DNA of 40,000 bases from an uncultured Acidobacteriota bacterium. Lineage in GTDB: Bacteria > Acidobacteriota > Terriglobia > Terriglobales > Acidobacteriaceae. The stretch covers positions 1,481,511 through 1,521,510 of the forward strand of contig CAWEGO010000002.1 in the NCBI GenBank assembly GCA_963808725.1, in the 5' to 3' direction. Shown here one piece after another: positions 1 to 9,362 of the stretch. Every line of letters starts with the position of its first letter. Position 1 is the stretch's first letter. Below the pieces are notes generated by a model. The model worked only from the letters and a program-made list of their open reading frames with translations. It did no database searches and had not been told where the DNA came from. The translations under genes and the position numbers were made by a program.

Positions 1-1
1 C

Positions 2-1207
2 TTTACCACTCCGGAGACGCACCGCATCATCCGCGAGAATGTGCACCGCTCGCCCATGTACTCCGGCCAGATTAAGTCTATCGGTCCGCGATATTGTCCG
101 TCGATCGAGGACAAGATCGTCAAGTTCCCCCACCACGAAAAGCACCAGCTCTTCCTCGAGCCCGAGGGTCTGAACACCTACGAGACCTACCTCAACGGCA
201 TGTCCACCTCGTTGCCCATCGACGTGCAGCTCGCCATGGTGGCGTCCGTCCCAGGTCTCGAGAAGGCGGAGATGCTGCGCCCCGGCTACGCCATCGAGTA
301 CGACTCCATCGATCCGACGGAACTGGAACGCACGCTGGAGACCAAGAAGATCGCCGGCCTGTTTCTCGCCGGACAGATCAACGGCACCTCCGGCTACGAG
401 GAAGCTGCCTGCCAGGGAATCATGGCCGGCATCAACGTGGCGCTCCGGGTGAAGAACGAGCCACCGCTGGTGCTCGACCGCACCGAAGCCTACACCGCTA
501 TCCTGATCGACGATCTCATCTCCAAGGGCACGCTGGAGCCTTACCGCATGTTCACCTCGCGCGCCGAATTCCGCCTGCACCTGCGCATCGACAATGCCGA
601 CCGCCGTCTTACGCCCCACGGCCGCCGCGTCGGGTTGATCGGCGATCAGGCGTGGGCCGACTATCTTGCCAAGCAACAGCGCATGTCTGCATTGAAGGAC
701 TATCTGGAGAACACCCGTGCGGACGGATTGCCGGCCGCGCTCGCCGAAAAGATCGGCAACGCCGGCGGTGCGACGTACGCGCAACTCTTGAAGCGCCCCG
801 AGGTCACGATCGAAGATTTGGTGCCTGTCTTGCGGGATCACGTGGACCCAGCCGCCCTCGGCTGGGCGGCTGAGCGGAGCTCGCCTCTGACATCACAAGT
901 CCGCAACGAGCTCAAGTCCGTCGAGACCGAGATCAAATACGCCGGCTATCTCCAGCAACAGGAGCGCGCCATCGAGCGCCTGAAGAAGTCCGAGCAGCGC
1001 AACATCCCCGACTGGTTCGACTACGCCTCGGTCAGCGGCCTCTCGCGCGAGATGAAGGAAAAGCTGCAGCGCGTGCGTCCGCGTACCATCGCCCAGGCCA
1101 GCCGGATTCCGGGCGTCACACCCGCCGCCGTCTCGCTGGTGAATGTTTATATTGAAATCCAGGCTCGGCGGCACCAAGCGGCATCATCGCTCTCGACCGC
1201 GGACTGA
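2..1207 (+). CDS. mnmG: tRNA uridine 5-carboxymethylaminomethyl modification enzyme MnmG (GidA), C-terminal ~400 aa; 5' end outside window
   Basis: Frame of ORF 41..1207 stays open to the window edge. The translation has GidA motifs [15 protein letters not shown] and [22 protein letters not shown], plus the C-terminal [19 protein letters not shown] region. Confidence 0.95.
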   Translation, partial: FTTPETHRIIRENVHRSPMYSGQIKSIGPRYCPSIEDKIVKFPHHEKHQLFLEPEGLNTYETYLNGMSTSLPIDVQLAMVASVPGLEKAEMLRPGYAIEYDSIDPTELERTLETKKIAGLFLAGQINGTSGYEEAACQGIMAGINVALRVKNEPPLVLDRTEAYTAILIDDLISKGTLEPYRMFTSRAEFRLHLRIDNADRRLTPHGRRVGLIGDQAWADYLAKQQRMSALKDYLENTRADGLPAALAEKIGNAGGATYAQLLKRPEVTIEDLVPVLRDHVDPAALGWAAERSSPLTSQVRNELKSVETEIKYAGYLQQQERAIERLKKSEQRNIPDWFDYASVSGLSREMKEKLQRVRPRTIAQASRIPGVTPAAVSLVNVYIEIQARRHQAASSLSTAD

Positions 1208-1249
1208 GGGCGTAGAATCGGCGTCCCGGCGCGGAAGGAAGAACGCTCG

Positions 1250-1597
1250 ATGAAAAACCTCGTGGTGCTGGTGACGCAAGAAGGCCTCGGCCGCGTGGAC
1301 ACTGCCGACCGCCAGTTCGGCGTGGAAATGTTCGATCGGTTCCTGCATGCGTTCGAAAGCCAGTCCGTCCGGCCGGCATGCATCTGCTTTTACACCAATG
1401 GAGTCAAGCTGGTTTGCCAAGGCTCGCCTGCGTTGCTGGGTCTCGGCTTGCTTCAGGGAATGGGAGTGCGCCTGGTGGCGTGCCGGACCTGCCTGGAATA
1501 CTTTCAGTCGCTGGACAAGGTCGCGGTGGGAGAAGTGGGCGGCATGAACGACATCGTCGCGCTGCTGGCCGGCGCGGATAGCGTGGTCACGGTCTAG
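1250..1597 (+). CDS. DsrE-like (YedF C-terminal-like) sulfur/selenium relay domain protein
   Basis: 115-aa ORF. The pattern VVLVTQEGLGR...ICFYTNGVKL...VRLVACRTCLEYF...VGEVGGMNDIV resembles the DsrE-like half of YedF-type proteins (from memory, not searched). Confidence 0.6.
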   Translation: MKNLVVLVTQEGLGRVDTADRQFGVEMFDRFLHAFESQSVRPACICFYTNGVKLVCQGSPALLGLGLLQGMGVRLVACRTCLEYFQSLDKVAVGEVGGMNDIVALLAGADSVVTV

Positions 1598-1606
1598 GTT
1601 GCTAAG

Positions 1607-2212
1607 CTACTTCCTTGCCGGCACGAAGCCTTCGTCGTGGAAGACCTCGGCGGTGAAGGCCTCGATAACGGCGCCGCGCTCCCAGGCGTCGGGCGGAAGT
1701 CCGGCCTTGTGGCAGGTCTCTTGCAAAAAAGTGGGAGCGTCCCAGCCGAACTCCACCGCTACCTGCGGCAACAGCAGTCCGCGCCGCGAGCCCAGGGTGA
1801 TGACCAGGCCGTGGCGCCCGGCTTCGATATCCTCGGCCGCGATGGGCACCAGCGGCGAGAGGACACTGATCTCCAGCTTCAGCAGCGGCGCTTCTTCCGC
1901 GGTGACCGGGGGAAATCGGGTGTCGTTGAAGGCGGCCGCTGTCGCCGTCTCCGCCACCGTGCGGCAGAGCGGCTTCACCGGATAAACATAGCCGACGCAG
2001 CCGCGCAGGTTTCCCTCCAGATGCAAGGTGGTGAAAGCGCCGCGCGGCTCGAGCAATCGCTCAGAAGCGGGATTGAGTTCGAGCTTGCGTCCGGCCAGGG
2101 TGGCCTCAATCGCCTCGTGGGCCAGGCGCAGCATCTCGGCCCGCTCCTCTGCTGAATACGGCAATGGCTCGGCGGCTTCGGCCGTGCGCGAATTTTCAGG
2201 TTGCGGCGACAT
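1607..2212 (-). CDS. AMMECR1 domain protein
   Basis: 201-aa ORF with AMMECR1 signatures LRGCVGY, AAFNDTRFPP, GLLLPQVAVEFGW and FL.ETC.KAGL. Confidence 0.85.
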   Translation of the reverse strand: MSPQPENSRTAEAAEPLPYSAEERAEMLRLAHEAIEATLAGRKLELNPASERLLEPRGAFTTLHLEGNLRGCVGYVYPVKPLCRTVAETATAAAFNDTRFPPVTAEEAPLLKLEISVLSPLVPIAAEDIEAGRHGLVITLGSRRGLLLPQVAVEFGWDAPTFLQETCHKAGLPPDAWERGAVIEAFTAEVFHDEGFVPARK

Positions 2213-2846
2213 CGTTTTTCCTGCGCCGGCTCAGAACGAAGGCCCGCCGGCGGCGCTTGACCGCGCTGCGGTCGATCCGCGACCAGAAGGCGGCAAAGTA
2301 GTCCACCGCCGAAACCACCGACACCGCCACCATGAACCAGATGGAAAGGTGCGCGATCACGTGGATGGGCAGGATGAAGTTCGGGGTGATGTTCCAGTAC
2401 GTCCATCTGTGATCGAGGATGACGGCGACCACGCTCACCATTTGCACACATGTCTTGAGCTTCCCCAGGTCGCTGGCCTCGATGGTGAAACCCTCATTGG
2501 CGGCGATGGAACGCAAGCCGCTCACCAGGAACTCGCGGCCCACGATGACCACCGCAATCCAAGCGGGCACGACGCGGGGGTTGAACTGCACCAAGGCGAT
2601 GAACGAAGCGGCGATCATCAGCTTGTCGGCGAGGGGATCGAGCAGCATGCCGAGCGTGGTGATCTGCCCGCGGCGCCGCGCCAGGTAGCCGTCGAAGGTA
2701 TCGGTGAGCGAGGCGGCGATAAACAGCAGTGAAGTCAGCAGCTCCCTCTGCCCGTGCGTGCTGGAGAGATGTTGCGTCCGCAACATCCACAGCAGCAGCG
2801 GAATGCTGGCAATGCGGCTGAGCGAAATGTAATTGGGCAGATTCAC
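2196..2846 (-). CDS. pgsA: CDP-diacylglycerol--glycerol-3-phosphate 3-phosphatidyltransferase (CDP-alcohol phosphatidyltransferase family)
   Basis: Motif DTFDGYLARRRGQITTLGMLLDPLADKL (D-G-x2-A-R-x8-G-x3-D-x3-D) and multiple TM helices. The GTG at 2846 (VNLPNYISLSR) gives the usual PgsA N-terminus; the ORF track extends to the ATG at 2930. The 3' end overlaps the AMMECR1 start by 17 nt. Confidence 0.85.
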   Translation of the reverse strand: MNLPNYISLSRIASIPLLLWMLRTQHLSSTHGQRELLTSLLFIAASLTDTFDGYLARRRGQITTLGMLLDPLADKLMIAASFIALVQFNPRVVPAWIAVVIVGREFLVSGLRSIAANEGFTIEASDLGKLKTCVQMVSVVAVILDHRWTYWNITPNFILPIHVIAHLSIWFMVAVSVVSAVDYFAAFWSRIDRSAVKRRRRAFVLSRRRKNDVAAT

Positions 2847-2950
2847 GGGGCATCCGCCGGACACACGAGCGCGCTGTGCCCGACGGGCATCGAAACGGAT
2901 GATTATCCCGCACGGCGGAGGGGAAGGCAACGATGGAAAGGAATGTACGG

Positions 2951-3160
2951 TTACTTGGCGCGAGTTCCGTGAGCCGTAGCCCCCGCATAGAACTTCCGGA
3001 GTTTCCGAGCGCGCTCCGTGGCTGGGAGGCGCGATAAATGGCGATCCAGAACCTCGACCGCACGCTCGGCGGCTTTCTCAAGCGTCAGGCTTTTCTTGAG
3101 TACTTTGCGGCCCCTACGCGTAAATCCCTCGTTGCCGAATGGTGAACGCCACGCGATCAA
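2951..3160 (-). CDS. small hypothetical protein (doubtful)
   Basis: 69-aa ORF fills the pgsA-gdh gap and has a helical-looking sequence ([31 protein letters not shown]). Its only good start (ATG 3160) overlaps the gdh 3' end by 47 nt. Confidence 0.2.
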   Translation of the reverse strand: MIAWRSPFGNEGFTRRGRKVLKKSLTLEKAAERAVEVLDRHLSRLPATERARKLRKFYAGATAHGTRAK

Positions 3161-4379
3161 TCGCCAGCATGTAGGCTGCGATGCGGTTGTTCACGCTGTG
3201 GGTGTCGGCGTAGCGGACCACGTCCTCGAACGACGAGCGCATGATGTGCTCGAGCTGCTCGATCACCACCGACTCCTTCCAGAAGTAGCCCTGCCGGTCC
3301 TGCACCCACTCGAAATAGCTGGCGGTAACGCCGCCGGCGTTGGCCAGAATGTCGGGAATGACGAAGACTTTCTTCTCCGCCAGGATGTCGTCGGCCGCGG
3401 CGGTGGTGGGGCCGTTGGCGCCCTCGCACAGGATCCGAGCTTGCACCTTGTAGGCGTTGTGGGTGGTGATGACGTTCTCGGTGGCGGCAGGAATAAGCAC
3501 GTCGCAATCGGTGATCAGCAGATCGGAGGGATCGTGCGCCTCCGCACCCGGGAAGCCGTGGATGGTCCCACTGCGCTGCCGATGCGCCATCAGCGCGTCC
3601 AAGTCCATGCCGTTCTTGTTGTAGAGCCCGCCATCGACCTCGGCGATGCCGATGATCTTGTATCCCTGCTCGTACATCAGGTGCGCGGCATTCGACCCGA
3701 CATTGCCGAACCCTTGCACGACCACGCGCGTCTCGTCGCGGTTCAGGCCGAGCTTCTTCAGCGCCTCGTCGCAGACCACCATCAGCCCGCGCCCGGTGGC
3801 CTCGCGACGGCCGCGCGAGCCGCCCATGTTGAGCGGCTTGCCGGTGACAACAGCCGTCACGGTCTTCCGCATGTGCATGGAGTAGGTGTCCATCATCCAC
3901 GCCATGATCTGCTCGTTGGTGTTCACGTCGGGCGCGGGGACGTCCTTTTCCGGGCCGATGAACTCCATCAGCTCCGCCGTGTAGCGCCGGGTGATGCGCT
4001 CCAGCTCGCCCATGGAGAGCTTGTGCGGATCGCAGACGACTCCGCCCTTGGCGCCGCCAAAGGGGATGTTCACCACGGCGCACTTCCAGGTCATCCAACT
4101 GGCCAGCGCGCGCACCTCGTCGAGTGTGAGATCGGGCGAGTAGCGGACCCCGCCCTTGGAGGGGCCGCGCGCGATCGAGTGCTGCACCCGGTAGCCGGTA
4201 AACACCTCCAGGCTGCCGTTGTCCATGGCCACGGGGATGTGCACGATGATCTCGCGGGTGGGATAGCGCAGGATCTTCCACAGACCCTCGTCGAGGTTCA
4301 GCTTGCGGGCGGCCAGGTCAAAGCGCGCCGATTGCGATTCCCAGGGATTGGACTCCTTCTCGAGCGCGATCGTGCTCAT
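3114..4379 (-). CDS. gdhA: Glu/Leu/Phe/Val-family glutamate dehydrogenase
   Basis: 421 aa. Motifs [28 protein letters not shown] and a Rossmann motif [10 protein letters not shown]. Confidence 0.95.
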   Translation of the reverse strand: MSTIALEKESNPWESQSARFDLAARKLNLDEGLWKILRYPTREIIVHIPVAMDNGSLEVFTGYRVQHSIARGPSKGGVRYSPDLTLDEVRALASWMTWKCAVVNIPFGGAKGGVVCDPHKLSMGELERITRRYTAELMEFIGPEKDVPAPDVNTNEQIMAWMMDTYSMHMRKTVTAVVTGKPLNMGGSRGRREATGRGLMVVCDEALKKLGLNRDETRVVVQGFGNVGSNAAHLMYEQGYKIIGIAEVDGGLYNKNGMDLDALMAHRQRSGTIHGFPGAEAHDPSDLLITDCDVLIPAATENVITTHNAYKVQARILCEGANGPTTAAADDILAEKKVFVIPDILANAGGVTASYFEWVQDRQGYFWKESVVIEQLEHIMRSSFEDVVRYADTHSVNNRIAAYMLAIDRVAFTIRQRGIYA

Positions 4380-4590
4380 GGCAGGCTCCGATGAATCAGA
4401 CGTAAAAAAAGGGCCACAGGACGTGCCCTTGCCCCGTTCGGCGAGAGATAAGTATAGGGAGGCGGCAAGGCGGAAGGCAAGCCGGGGATTAGGAGCGCCC
4501 TGCCCAGGTATTTAAGGTTTGGTCCGGTCCTCGGTCTTCAGATGCTTCACGCGCCGGAAGGCCCGATCGCGGGCGACCTGCTTCCGGATC

Positions 4591-4833
4591 TCAGGAGCTC
4601 CTCCAGTCGGTTGTGGCATTAGAGTCCGCCTCGATGATGACATCGACTTGCGCGTGGGGCTTGAGACGGGCCTTTTCGCCATTTTCGTCCGTCACGACGT
4701 TTTCGACACGAATCTCTCGGTATAGATCATCAGCCTCCTCAACACTAATCTGCGCCTTTTCCGGCGCATTGGGAACGACCGACCTGATGATCTTTTCCAC
4801 GATCCCACGCATCTTCCTTTTCTTCTTGCCCAT
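4591..4833 (-). CDS. small hypothetical protein (80 aa, Lys-rich N-terminus)
   Basis: ORF with GAAAGG RBS-like sequence ~8 nt upstream of the ATG. GC is lower than in flanking genes. No family recognised. Confidence 0.55.
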   Translation of the reverse strand: MGKKKRKMRGIVEKIIRSVVPNAPEKAQISVEEADDLYREIRVENVVTDENGEKARLKPHAQVDVIIEADSNATTDWRSS

Positions 4834-5214
4834 ATCCCGACCTTTCGCGGAATAGCCTCTTCCGGAGTGCTTCTAACGTTCGATGCCCTTCACCCAGCCT
4901 TGGTTTCTTGTCGAGTTTTTTCTGTAGGGCTTCCCTCAAAGCACTCTATGCGGGGCAAGACGGGCAGGAGTCCTCAAACTACCAAACGGTACGATAAACA
5001 ACTAATGTCCGATACCGGACAATGTCCGCTATCGTGCAGTGTTCACCCGATTTACTCTTGCCCCCCGAAGAGTACGGTTGAATTGCCCTTCCTCCCGGCC
5101 GTCCGCACTCCTCCCACGGCGAGCGCGACCAGCAGCCTGCCAAGGGCACCCAGGTTCCCGAGATCAATTTTGCGGCTCGAATGTGAGCATGGCGGGGGCC
5201 AAAAGGGGGGCTAC

Positions 5215-5577
5215 TTGGCCTACCGAGTTCTGATTGTCGATGACAACGCTCTCATGCGGCGTACCCTGCGATCGTGTATCGAGCACGACACCGACTGGCG
5301 GGTATGCGGTGAAGCCGATAATGGCCAACTGGCGGTCGACAAAGTCCAGGAACTGAAGCCCGATGTGGTGATCCTGGATTTTCAGATGCCGGTCATGAAC
5401 GGTCTTGACGCCGCCCGGCGGATCGCCTCGTCCGCTCCCAGCACGGCCATGGTGATGCTAACCATCAACAACTCCAGGCAGCTTCGGCAGGACGCTCGAG
5501 CCGCCGGAATCAAAGCCGTTCTCTCCAAATCCGACGCCGATCATCTGCTGGTCTCGCTCAGGAAGCTTCGTGCCTAG
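5215..5577 (+). CDS. single-domain CheY-like response regulator
   Basis: Receiver motifs VLIVDDN, DVVILDFQMPVMNG (acceptor Asp present) and KAVLSKS. TTG at 5215 is preceded by AAAAGGGGGG 4-5 nt upstream. The ATG-initiated 4867 version would add ~115 aa of non-receiver, low-complexity sequence. Confidence 0.8.
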   Translation: MAYRVLIVDDNALMRRTLRSCIEHDTDWRVCGEADNGQLAVDKVQELKPDVVILDFQMPVMNGLDAARRIASSAPSTAMVMLTINNSRQLRQDARAAGIKAVLSKSDADHLLVSLRKLRA

Positions 5578-6398
5578 AGCTGGATCTCCATCCCCTCGGC
5601 GGCGGCGCGCACCTTGGGATAGTGATTGCGCGCGACCTGCACGATGGAATCGATGCAGGCGTCGTCGTGGTCGGGATCGTGGTGGAACAGCACCAACTCC
5701 TTGGCGCCGCTCTCCATCACGATGTTGACGGCTTCGCGCCAGTGGCTGTGTCCCCAGCCGCGCTTTTTGGCCTCGTACTCCTCCGGCAGATACTGGGCGT
5801 CGTAGATGAGCACGTCGGCACCCTGCGCCAGTTCGCGGACGTTCTTGTCGAACTGCGGCGAGCCGGGCTCGTTGTCGGTGGCGTAGACCAGGACCTTGTC
5901 GTTGGTCTCCAGGCGGAAGCCGAGGCAGCCCTGGGGATGGTTCAGCCATTTGGTCTGGATGACGCAGTTGTCGAAGTTGATGCGATCTTCCTCGATGTCA
6001 TAAAAATGTCGGTTAGCGGCCATCTCCGCCATGTCCACCGGGAAGAAGGGATCCGACATCTGGTCCTCGAGGGCATGCTTCAGTCCGCGCGAGCGATTGG
6101 AAGAGTGAAAGTAAAAAAAGCTGTCCCGGTTCTCATAGAGCGGGGCGAAGAACGGGATGCCCTGGATGTGGTCCCAATGGAAGTGCGAGAGGAAGACGTG
6201 GGCGTAGATGGGCCGGTCCGCGAATTCGCGCTGCAGGTGCTTGCCCAGATTGCGGAAGCCGGTGCCGCAGTCGAACACGTAGATGTGTCCGTTGACCCGC
6301 ACCTCGACGCACGAGGTGTTGCCTCCGTAGCGCAGGTTCTCCGCTTGGGGAGTGGGAGTCGAGCCCCGTACACCCCAGAATCTGACCAGCATCGTCAT
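5574..6398 (-). CDS. MBL-fold metallo-hydrolase
   Basis: HFHWDHIQG (HxHxDH) motif and FHHDPDH near the C-terminus. The likely start is MTMLVRFWGVRGS at 6398; the ORF track extends to 6464. Confidence 0.85.
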   Translation of the reverse strand: MTMLVRFWGVRGSTPTPQAENLRYGGNTSCVEVRVNGHIYVFDCGTGFRNLGKHLQREFADRPIYAHVFLSHFHWDHIQGIPFFAPLYENRDSFFYFHSSNRSRGLKHALEDQMSDPFFPVDMAEMAANRHFYDIEEDRINFDNCVIQTKWLNHPQGCLGFRLETNDKVLVYATDNEPGSPQFDKNVRELAQGADVLIYDAQYLPEEYEAKKRGWGHSHWREAVNIVMESGAKELVLFHHDPDHDDACIDSIVQVARNHYPKVRAAAEGMEIQL

Positions 6399-6612
6399 TG
6401 CCGACCCGTGCCGTTCACTGTTCCCAGTGGGGTGATTGTCCCCGGAACCGCCCGCTTCGTGCAATAACCATAGGTGTACTGGACCAGTAGCGCCGGCGTC
6501 CCGCCGGCCCGTTGCGCGGGCAAGACGCCCGCGTGACAGCCGCCGAGACCGGGGTCCCTAGAAGGCCCGATGTTGGCGTTCTGGGGTAGGAGACGGCGGC
6601 GCTACATTCCAG

Positions 6613-8115
6613 ATGGGCCGTATAATCAGCAGACCCGCGATGGTCCGTCCCGATTACAAAGAGTTCTCGCGCCTGGCGCAGGAATCGACGCTGATCCCGC
6701 TGACTAAGTCGGTCACCGCCGACCTGCAGACCCCGGTGTCGGCCTTCCTGGCCATCGCCGGCCAGGAGCGGCGGGCCTTCCTGCTGGAATCCGTGGAAGG
6801 GGGAGAGAAGATCGGCCGCTACACCTTCCTGGGCGCGCGTCCTTATATGGCGGTCACGGCGCGCGGACGCGAGATCACCGTCGAGCGCGGCAAAGAGCGG
6901 AAGAGGCTTACCGGCAGCATCTTCGAGGTGCTGCGCGATCTCCTGGGACAGCACCGGCCCGCGCCCGTGGAGGGCCTGCCGCCATTCACTTCGGGCGCGG
7001 TCGGATTCTTTGCCTACGACGTGGTGCGCCAGTTGGAGAAGCTGCCCTCCACGGCCAGGCTGGACACGCACACGCCGGATTGCGTGATGATGTTCTTCGA
7101 TCGCCTCTTGGCCTTCGACCACCTGCGGCACCAGATCCACCTGATCGCGGCTGCCGACCTGACGCGCGAATCCCCGCGCGCGGCCTATGACCGCGCGGTG
7201 CGCGACCTCGCGGCGCTGGAAAAGCGGCTGGCGGCGGGGATGCGTCCGCGCCATGTGCGCCGTGCGCGCAAGGCCGGCGCGCTCAAAATCAAGCCCGTCA
7301 CCAGCCGGCAGCAGTTTCTGGAGAGCGTCCGCCGGGCCAAGGAGTACATCGCCGCCGGAGACATTTTCCAGGTGGTGCTCTCGCAGCGCTTCGACTTCGA
7401 GCCCGAGGCGGCGCCGTTCAACATCTATCGTGCGCTGCGCACGGTCAATCCCTCGCCCTATCTTTATTTCTTGCGCATCGACGACACCCACATCCTCGGC
7501 TCTTCGCCGGAGATGCTGGTGCGCGTGAACGGACGGCGCCTCGAATACCGGCCCATCGCGGGCACGCGTCCGCGGGGCGCGAACGACGCCGAAGACAAGC
7601 GCCTCGAGGACGAGCTGCGCCAGGACGAGAAAGAGCGCGCCGAGCACGTCATGCTGGTGGACCTGGGACGGAACGACGTCGGCAGGGTGAGCGAGTACGG
7701 CTCGGTGAAAGTACGCGACCTGATGTACGTGGAGCGCTACAGCCACGTCATGCACCTGGTCTCGGCCATCGAGGGCTGCCTGCGTCCGGAACTCGGCGCG
7801 CTGGACGCCTTCGCGGCCTGCTTCCCCGCCGGCACGCTGAGCGGCGCGCCCAAGGTGCGGGCCATGCAGATCATCGAGGAGCTGGAACCGGTCCGCCGCG
7901 GCGTTTATGGCGGCTCGGTGCTGTATGCCGATTTCGCCGGCAATCTCGATTCCTGCATCGCCATTCGGACCATGGTGATGGAAAAGAATCGCGCCTCGGT
8001 GCAGGCCGGAGCGGGGATCGTCGCCGATTCCGATCCGGCCCGCGAGCACGAAGAGTGTGTCAACAAAGCCAAGGCGGCGCTGAAAGCTGTCGAGATCGCT
8101 AGGCGTGGTCTCTAG
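6613..8115 (+). CDS. trpE: anthranilate synthase component I
   Basis: 500-aa ORF. Motifs LLESVEGGEKIGRY, GDIFQVVLSQRF, GTLSGAPKVRAMQIIEELE and RGVYGGSV.Y. The real start may be ATG 6640 (MVRPDYKEF) if the TATAAT at 6620 is the promoter. Confidence 0.95.
   Translation: MGRIISRPAMVRPDYKEFSRLAQESTLIPLTKSVTADLQTPVSAFLAIAGQERRAFLLESVEGGEKIGRYTFLGARPYMAVTARGREITVERGKERKRLTGSIFEVLRDLLGQHRPAPVEGLPPFTSGAVGFFAYDVVRQLEKLPSTARLDTHTPDCVMMFFDRLLAFDHLRHQIHLIAAADLTRESPRAAYDRAVRDLAALEKRLAAGMRPRHVRRARKAGALKIKPVTSRQQFLESVRRAKEYIAAGDIFQVVLSQRFDFEPEAAPFNIYRALRTVNPSPYLYFLRIDDTHILGSSPEMLVRVNGRRLEYRPIAGTRPRGANDAEDKRLEDELRQDEKERAEHVMLVDLGRNDVGRVSEYGSVKVRDLMYVERYSHVMHLVSAIEGCLRPELGALDAFAACFPAGTLSGAPKVRAMQIIEELEPVRRGVYGGSVLYADFAGNLDSCIAIRTMVMEKNRASVQAGAGIVADSDPAREHEECVNKAKAALKAVEIARRGL
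6619..6628 (+). promoter_or_regulatory. candidate -10 element GTATAATCAG upstream of trpE
   Basis: A perfect TATAAT (6620-6625) is rare in this GC-rich sequence. The identical 10-mer recurs at 31550-31559 upstream of the S41 gene. No convincing -35 is seen. Confidence 0.3.
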
Positions 8116-8190
8116 TTTCCAGTTTCGAGTTTCAAGTTTCGAGTTTTACGGCTCTTGAAACTTGAAACTGGAAACTGGAAACTCGAAGCT
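8114..8190. repeat. heptamer-array hairpin (GTTTCNA x4 / TNGAAAC x4)
   Basis: Left arm AGTTTCCAGTTTCGAGTTTCAAGTTTCGAG, right arm CTTGAAACTTGAAACTGGAAACTGGAAACT. The reverse complement matches 28 of 30 positions. The loop is TTTTACGGCT. The element starts on the trpE stop codon. Confidence 0.9.
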
Positions 8191-8216
8191 AGAAGACATG
8201 GTTTTGCGAGCGAGCT

Positions 8217-8747
8217 ATGCGAGGCAAACGAACGCCGAATAGTCCGAGAGCACGTAGTCACCTCAGAGCCGTCGGATCTGGCTTTGCGCGCTCTCTTGCC
8301 CTAGAAATGACGAGGGCCGCAACGATCAGCTATGGCGAAGTGGTCCAGAGCCTCCGCAGGCTGGAAAGAGAGTACGTCCCGCAGCTGGACGGCCATCCCA
8401 AGTTTGCGAGGGAGCTGAAGCGTCGTATCGCCGAGAAACTCTTAGAGCAGGCGATCCTCCACGGTTGCAAGCTTTCGGTCTGCAGGGCACGCCTTAATGC
8501 AGCGGCGCGGCTGGGGTTCACGGATGTAGAGCAAAGCGCCCATTACCGTCTGCTGTACGCGAAGGGTGCGTTTGCTCGTGGACATAAACGGGTTGCATAC
8601 CGAACTGCCGCTGCCATTGCCACCGACCTCGAACAATCCCTTAGGAGGAGGCGGAAGAACTTACTTGGCAAGCATCTTCTGAAACTGACCAGGGAGTACC
8701 TAGAACACATGAGGAATGAGGAAATCGGAGGGCACGGGGAACCCTAG
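8217..8747 (+). CDS. hypothetical all-helical protein inserted between trpE and trpG
   Basis: 176-aa ORF with an alternative start at ATG 8307. GC is visibly lower than in trpE/trpG. No family recognised. Confidence 0.5.
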   Translation: MRGKRTPNSPRARSHLRAVGSGFARSLALEMTRAATISYGEVVQSLRRLEREYVPQLDGHPKFARELKRRIAEKLLEQAILHGCKLSVCRARLNAAARLGFTDVEQSAHYRLLYAKGAFARGHKRVAYRTAAAIATDLEQSLRRRRKNLLGKHLLKLTREYLEHMRNEEIGGHGEP

Positions 8748-8758
8748 GATGTCGGTCC

Positions 8759-8786
8759 TTTGAACGTGAAACTTGAAACGTGAAAC
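8759..8786. repeat. half-element: tandem TTGAAC/GTGAAAC/TTGAAAC/GTGAAAC heptamers
   Basis: Four direct 7-nt units end exactly at the trpG ATG. They match the right arm of the 8114-8190 hairpin. No opposing arm is present. Confidence 0.75.
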
Positions 8787-9362
8787 ATGGTCTTCGTCTT
8801 AGACAATTACGACTCCTTCACCTACAACCTGGTCCAGTATCTGGGCGAGCTGGGCGAGGAAGTCGTGGTGCGGCGCAACGACCAGATGTCGGTCGCTGAG
8901 ATCGAGGCCATGCGTCCTGCCCGTATCGTGCTCTCGCCCGGGCCGTGCACGCCGCAGGAAGCCGGCATCAGCATCGAACTCATTCAGCACTTCGCCGGCA
9001 AGCTGCCGATCCTCGGGGTGTGCCTGGGACATCAGGCGATCGGCGCTGCCTTTGGCGGCAATATCATCCGTGCCAGTAACCTGATGCACGGAAAGACCAG
9101 CCAGGTGGAGCACGATGGCCGCACCATTTTCCACGGCGTGCCTTCTCCGATCACCTGCACACGCTACCATTCTCTGATCGTGGAAGAGAAGACGCTGCCG
9201 CCGGTGCTGGAAATCACGGCGCGCGCCACCGAGCGCGACGGCTCTGCGGTGATCATGGGCCTGCGCCACCGCCATGCTCCCGTCGAGGGAGTGCAGTTCC
9301 ATCCTGAAAGCGTGCTGACCCAGTCCGGCAAACAGATAGTAGGCAACTTTTTGCAGCTATGA
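8787..9362 (+). CDS. trpG: anthranilate synthase component II / glutamine amidotransferase
   Basis: 191 aa. Motifs VLDNYDSFTYNLVQYL, GVCLGHQAIG (catalytic Cys) and GVQFHPES. Confidence 0.95.
   Translation: MVFVLDNYDSFTYNLVQYLGELGEEVVVRRNDQMSVAEIEAMRPARIVLSPGPCTPQEAGISIELIQHFAGKLPILGVCLGHQAIGAAFGGNIIRASNLMHGKTSQVEHDGRTIFHGVPSPITCTRYHSLIVEEKTLPPVLEITARATERDGSAVIMGLRHRHAPVEGVQFHPESVLTQSGKQIVGNFLQL

Noticed and set aside
3018-4394. Long antisense or out-of-frame ORFs: 3018-4394 opposite gdhA, 6415-8049 opposite trpE, 13741-15501 opposite the TPR gene, 34057-35304 opposite galT, and 36134-37624 opposite cysS.
   Set aside because: Their translations are Arg/Gly/His-rich and motif-free, as is typical for stop-poor alternative frames in high-GC DNA. 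Each is fully covered by a well-supported gene on the other strand.
4404-4428. Possible minus-strand terminator (GGGC..GCCC followed by a T7 run) downstream of the 4591-4833 gene.
   Set aside because: The stem is only 4-5 bp with a 10-nt loop, and it lies ~160 nt from the stop. The T-run is suggestive, but the structure is too weak to call.
5004-5028. AATGTCCG direct repeat with the palindrome GTCCGATACCGGAC in the long 5' region of the CheY-like gene.
   Set aside because: It is short (5-bp half-sites), there is a single occurrence, and no partner regulator is evident. It cannot be distinguished from chance.
5574-5577. Convergent response-regulator and MBL genes share overlapping stop codons in the palindrome CTAG.
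   Set aside because: This is real but trivial; it is a compact gene arrangement with no evident function.
6465-6612. A trp leader peptide or attenuator upstream of trpE.
   Set aside because: I found no short ORF with tandem Trp codons and no terminator/antiterminator pair by eye.
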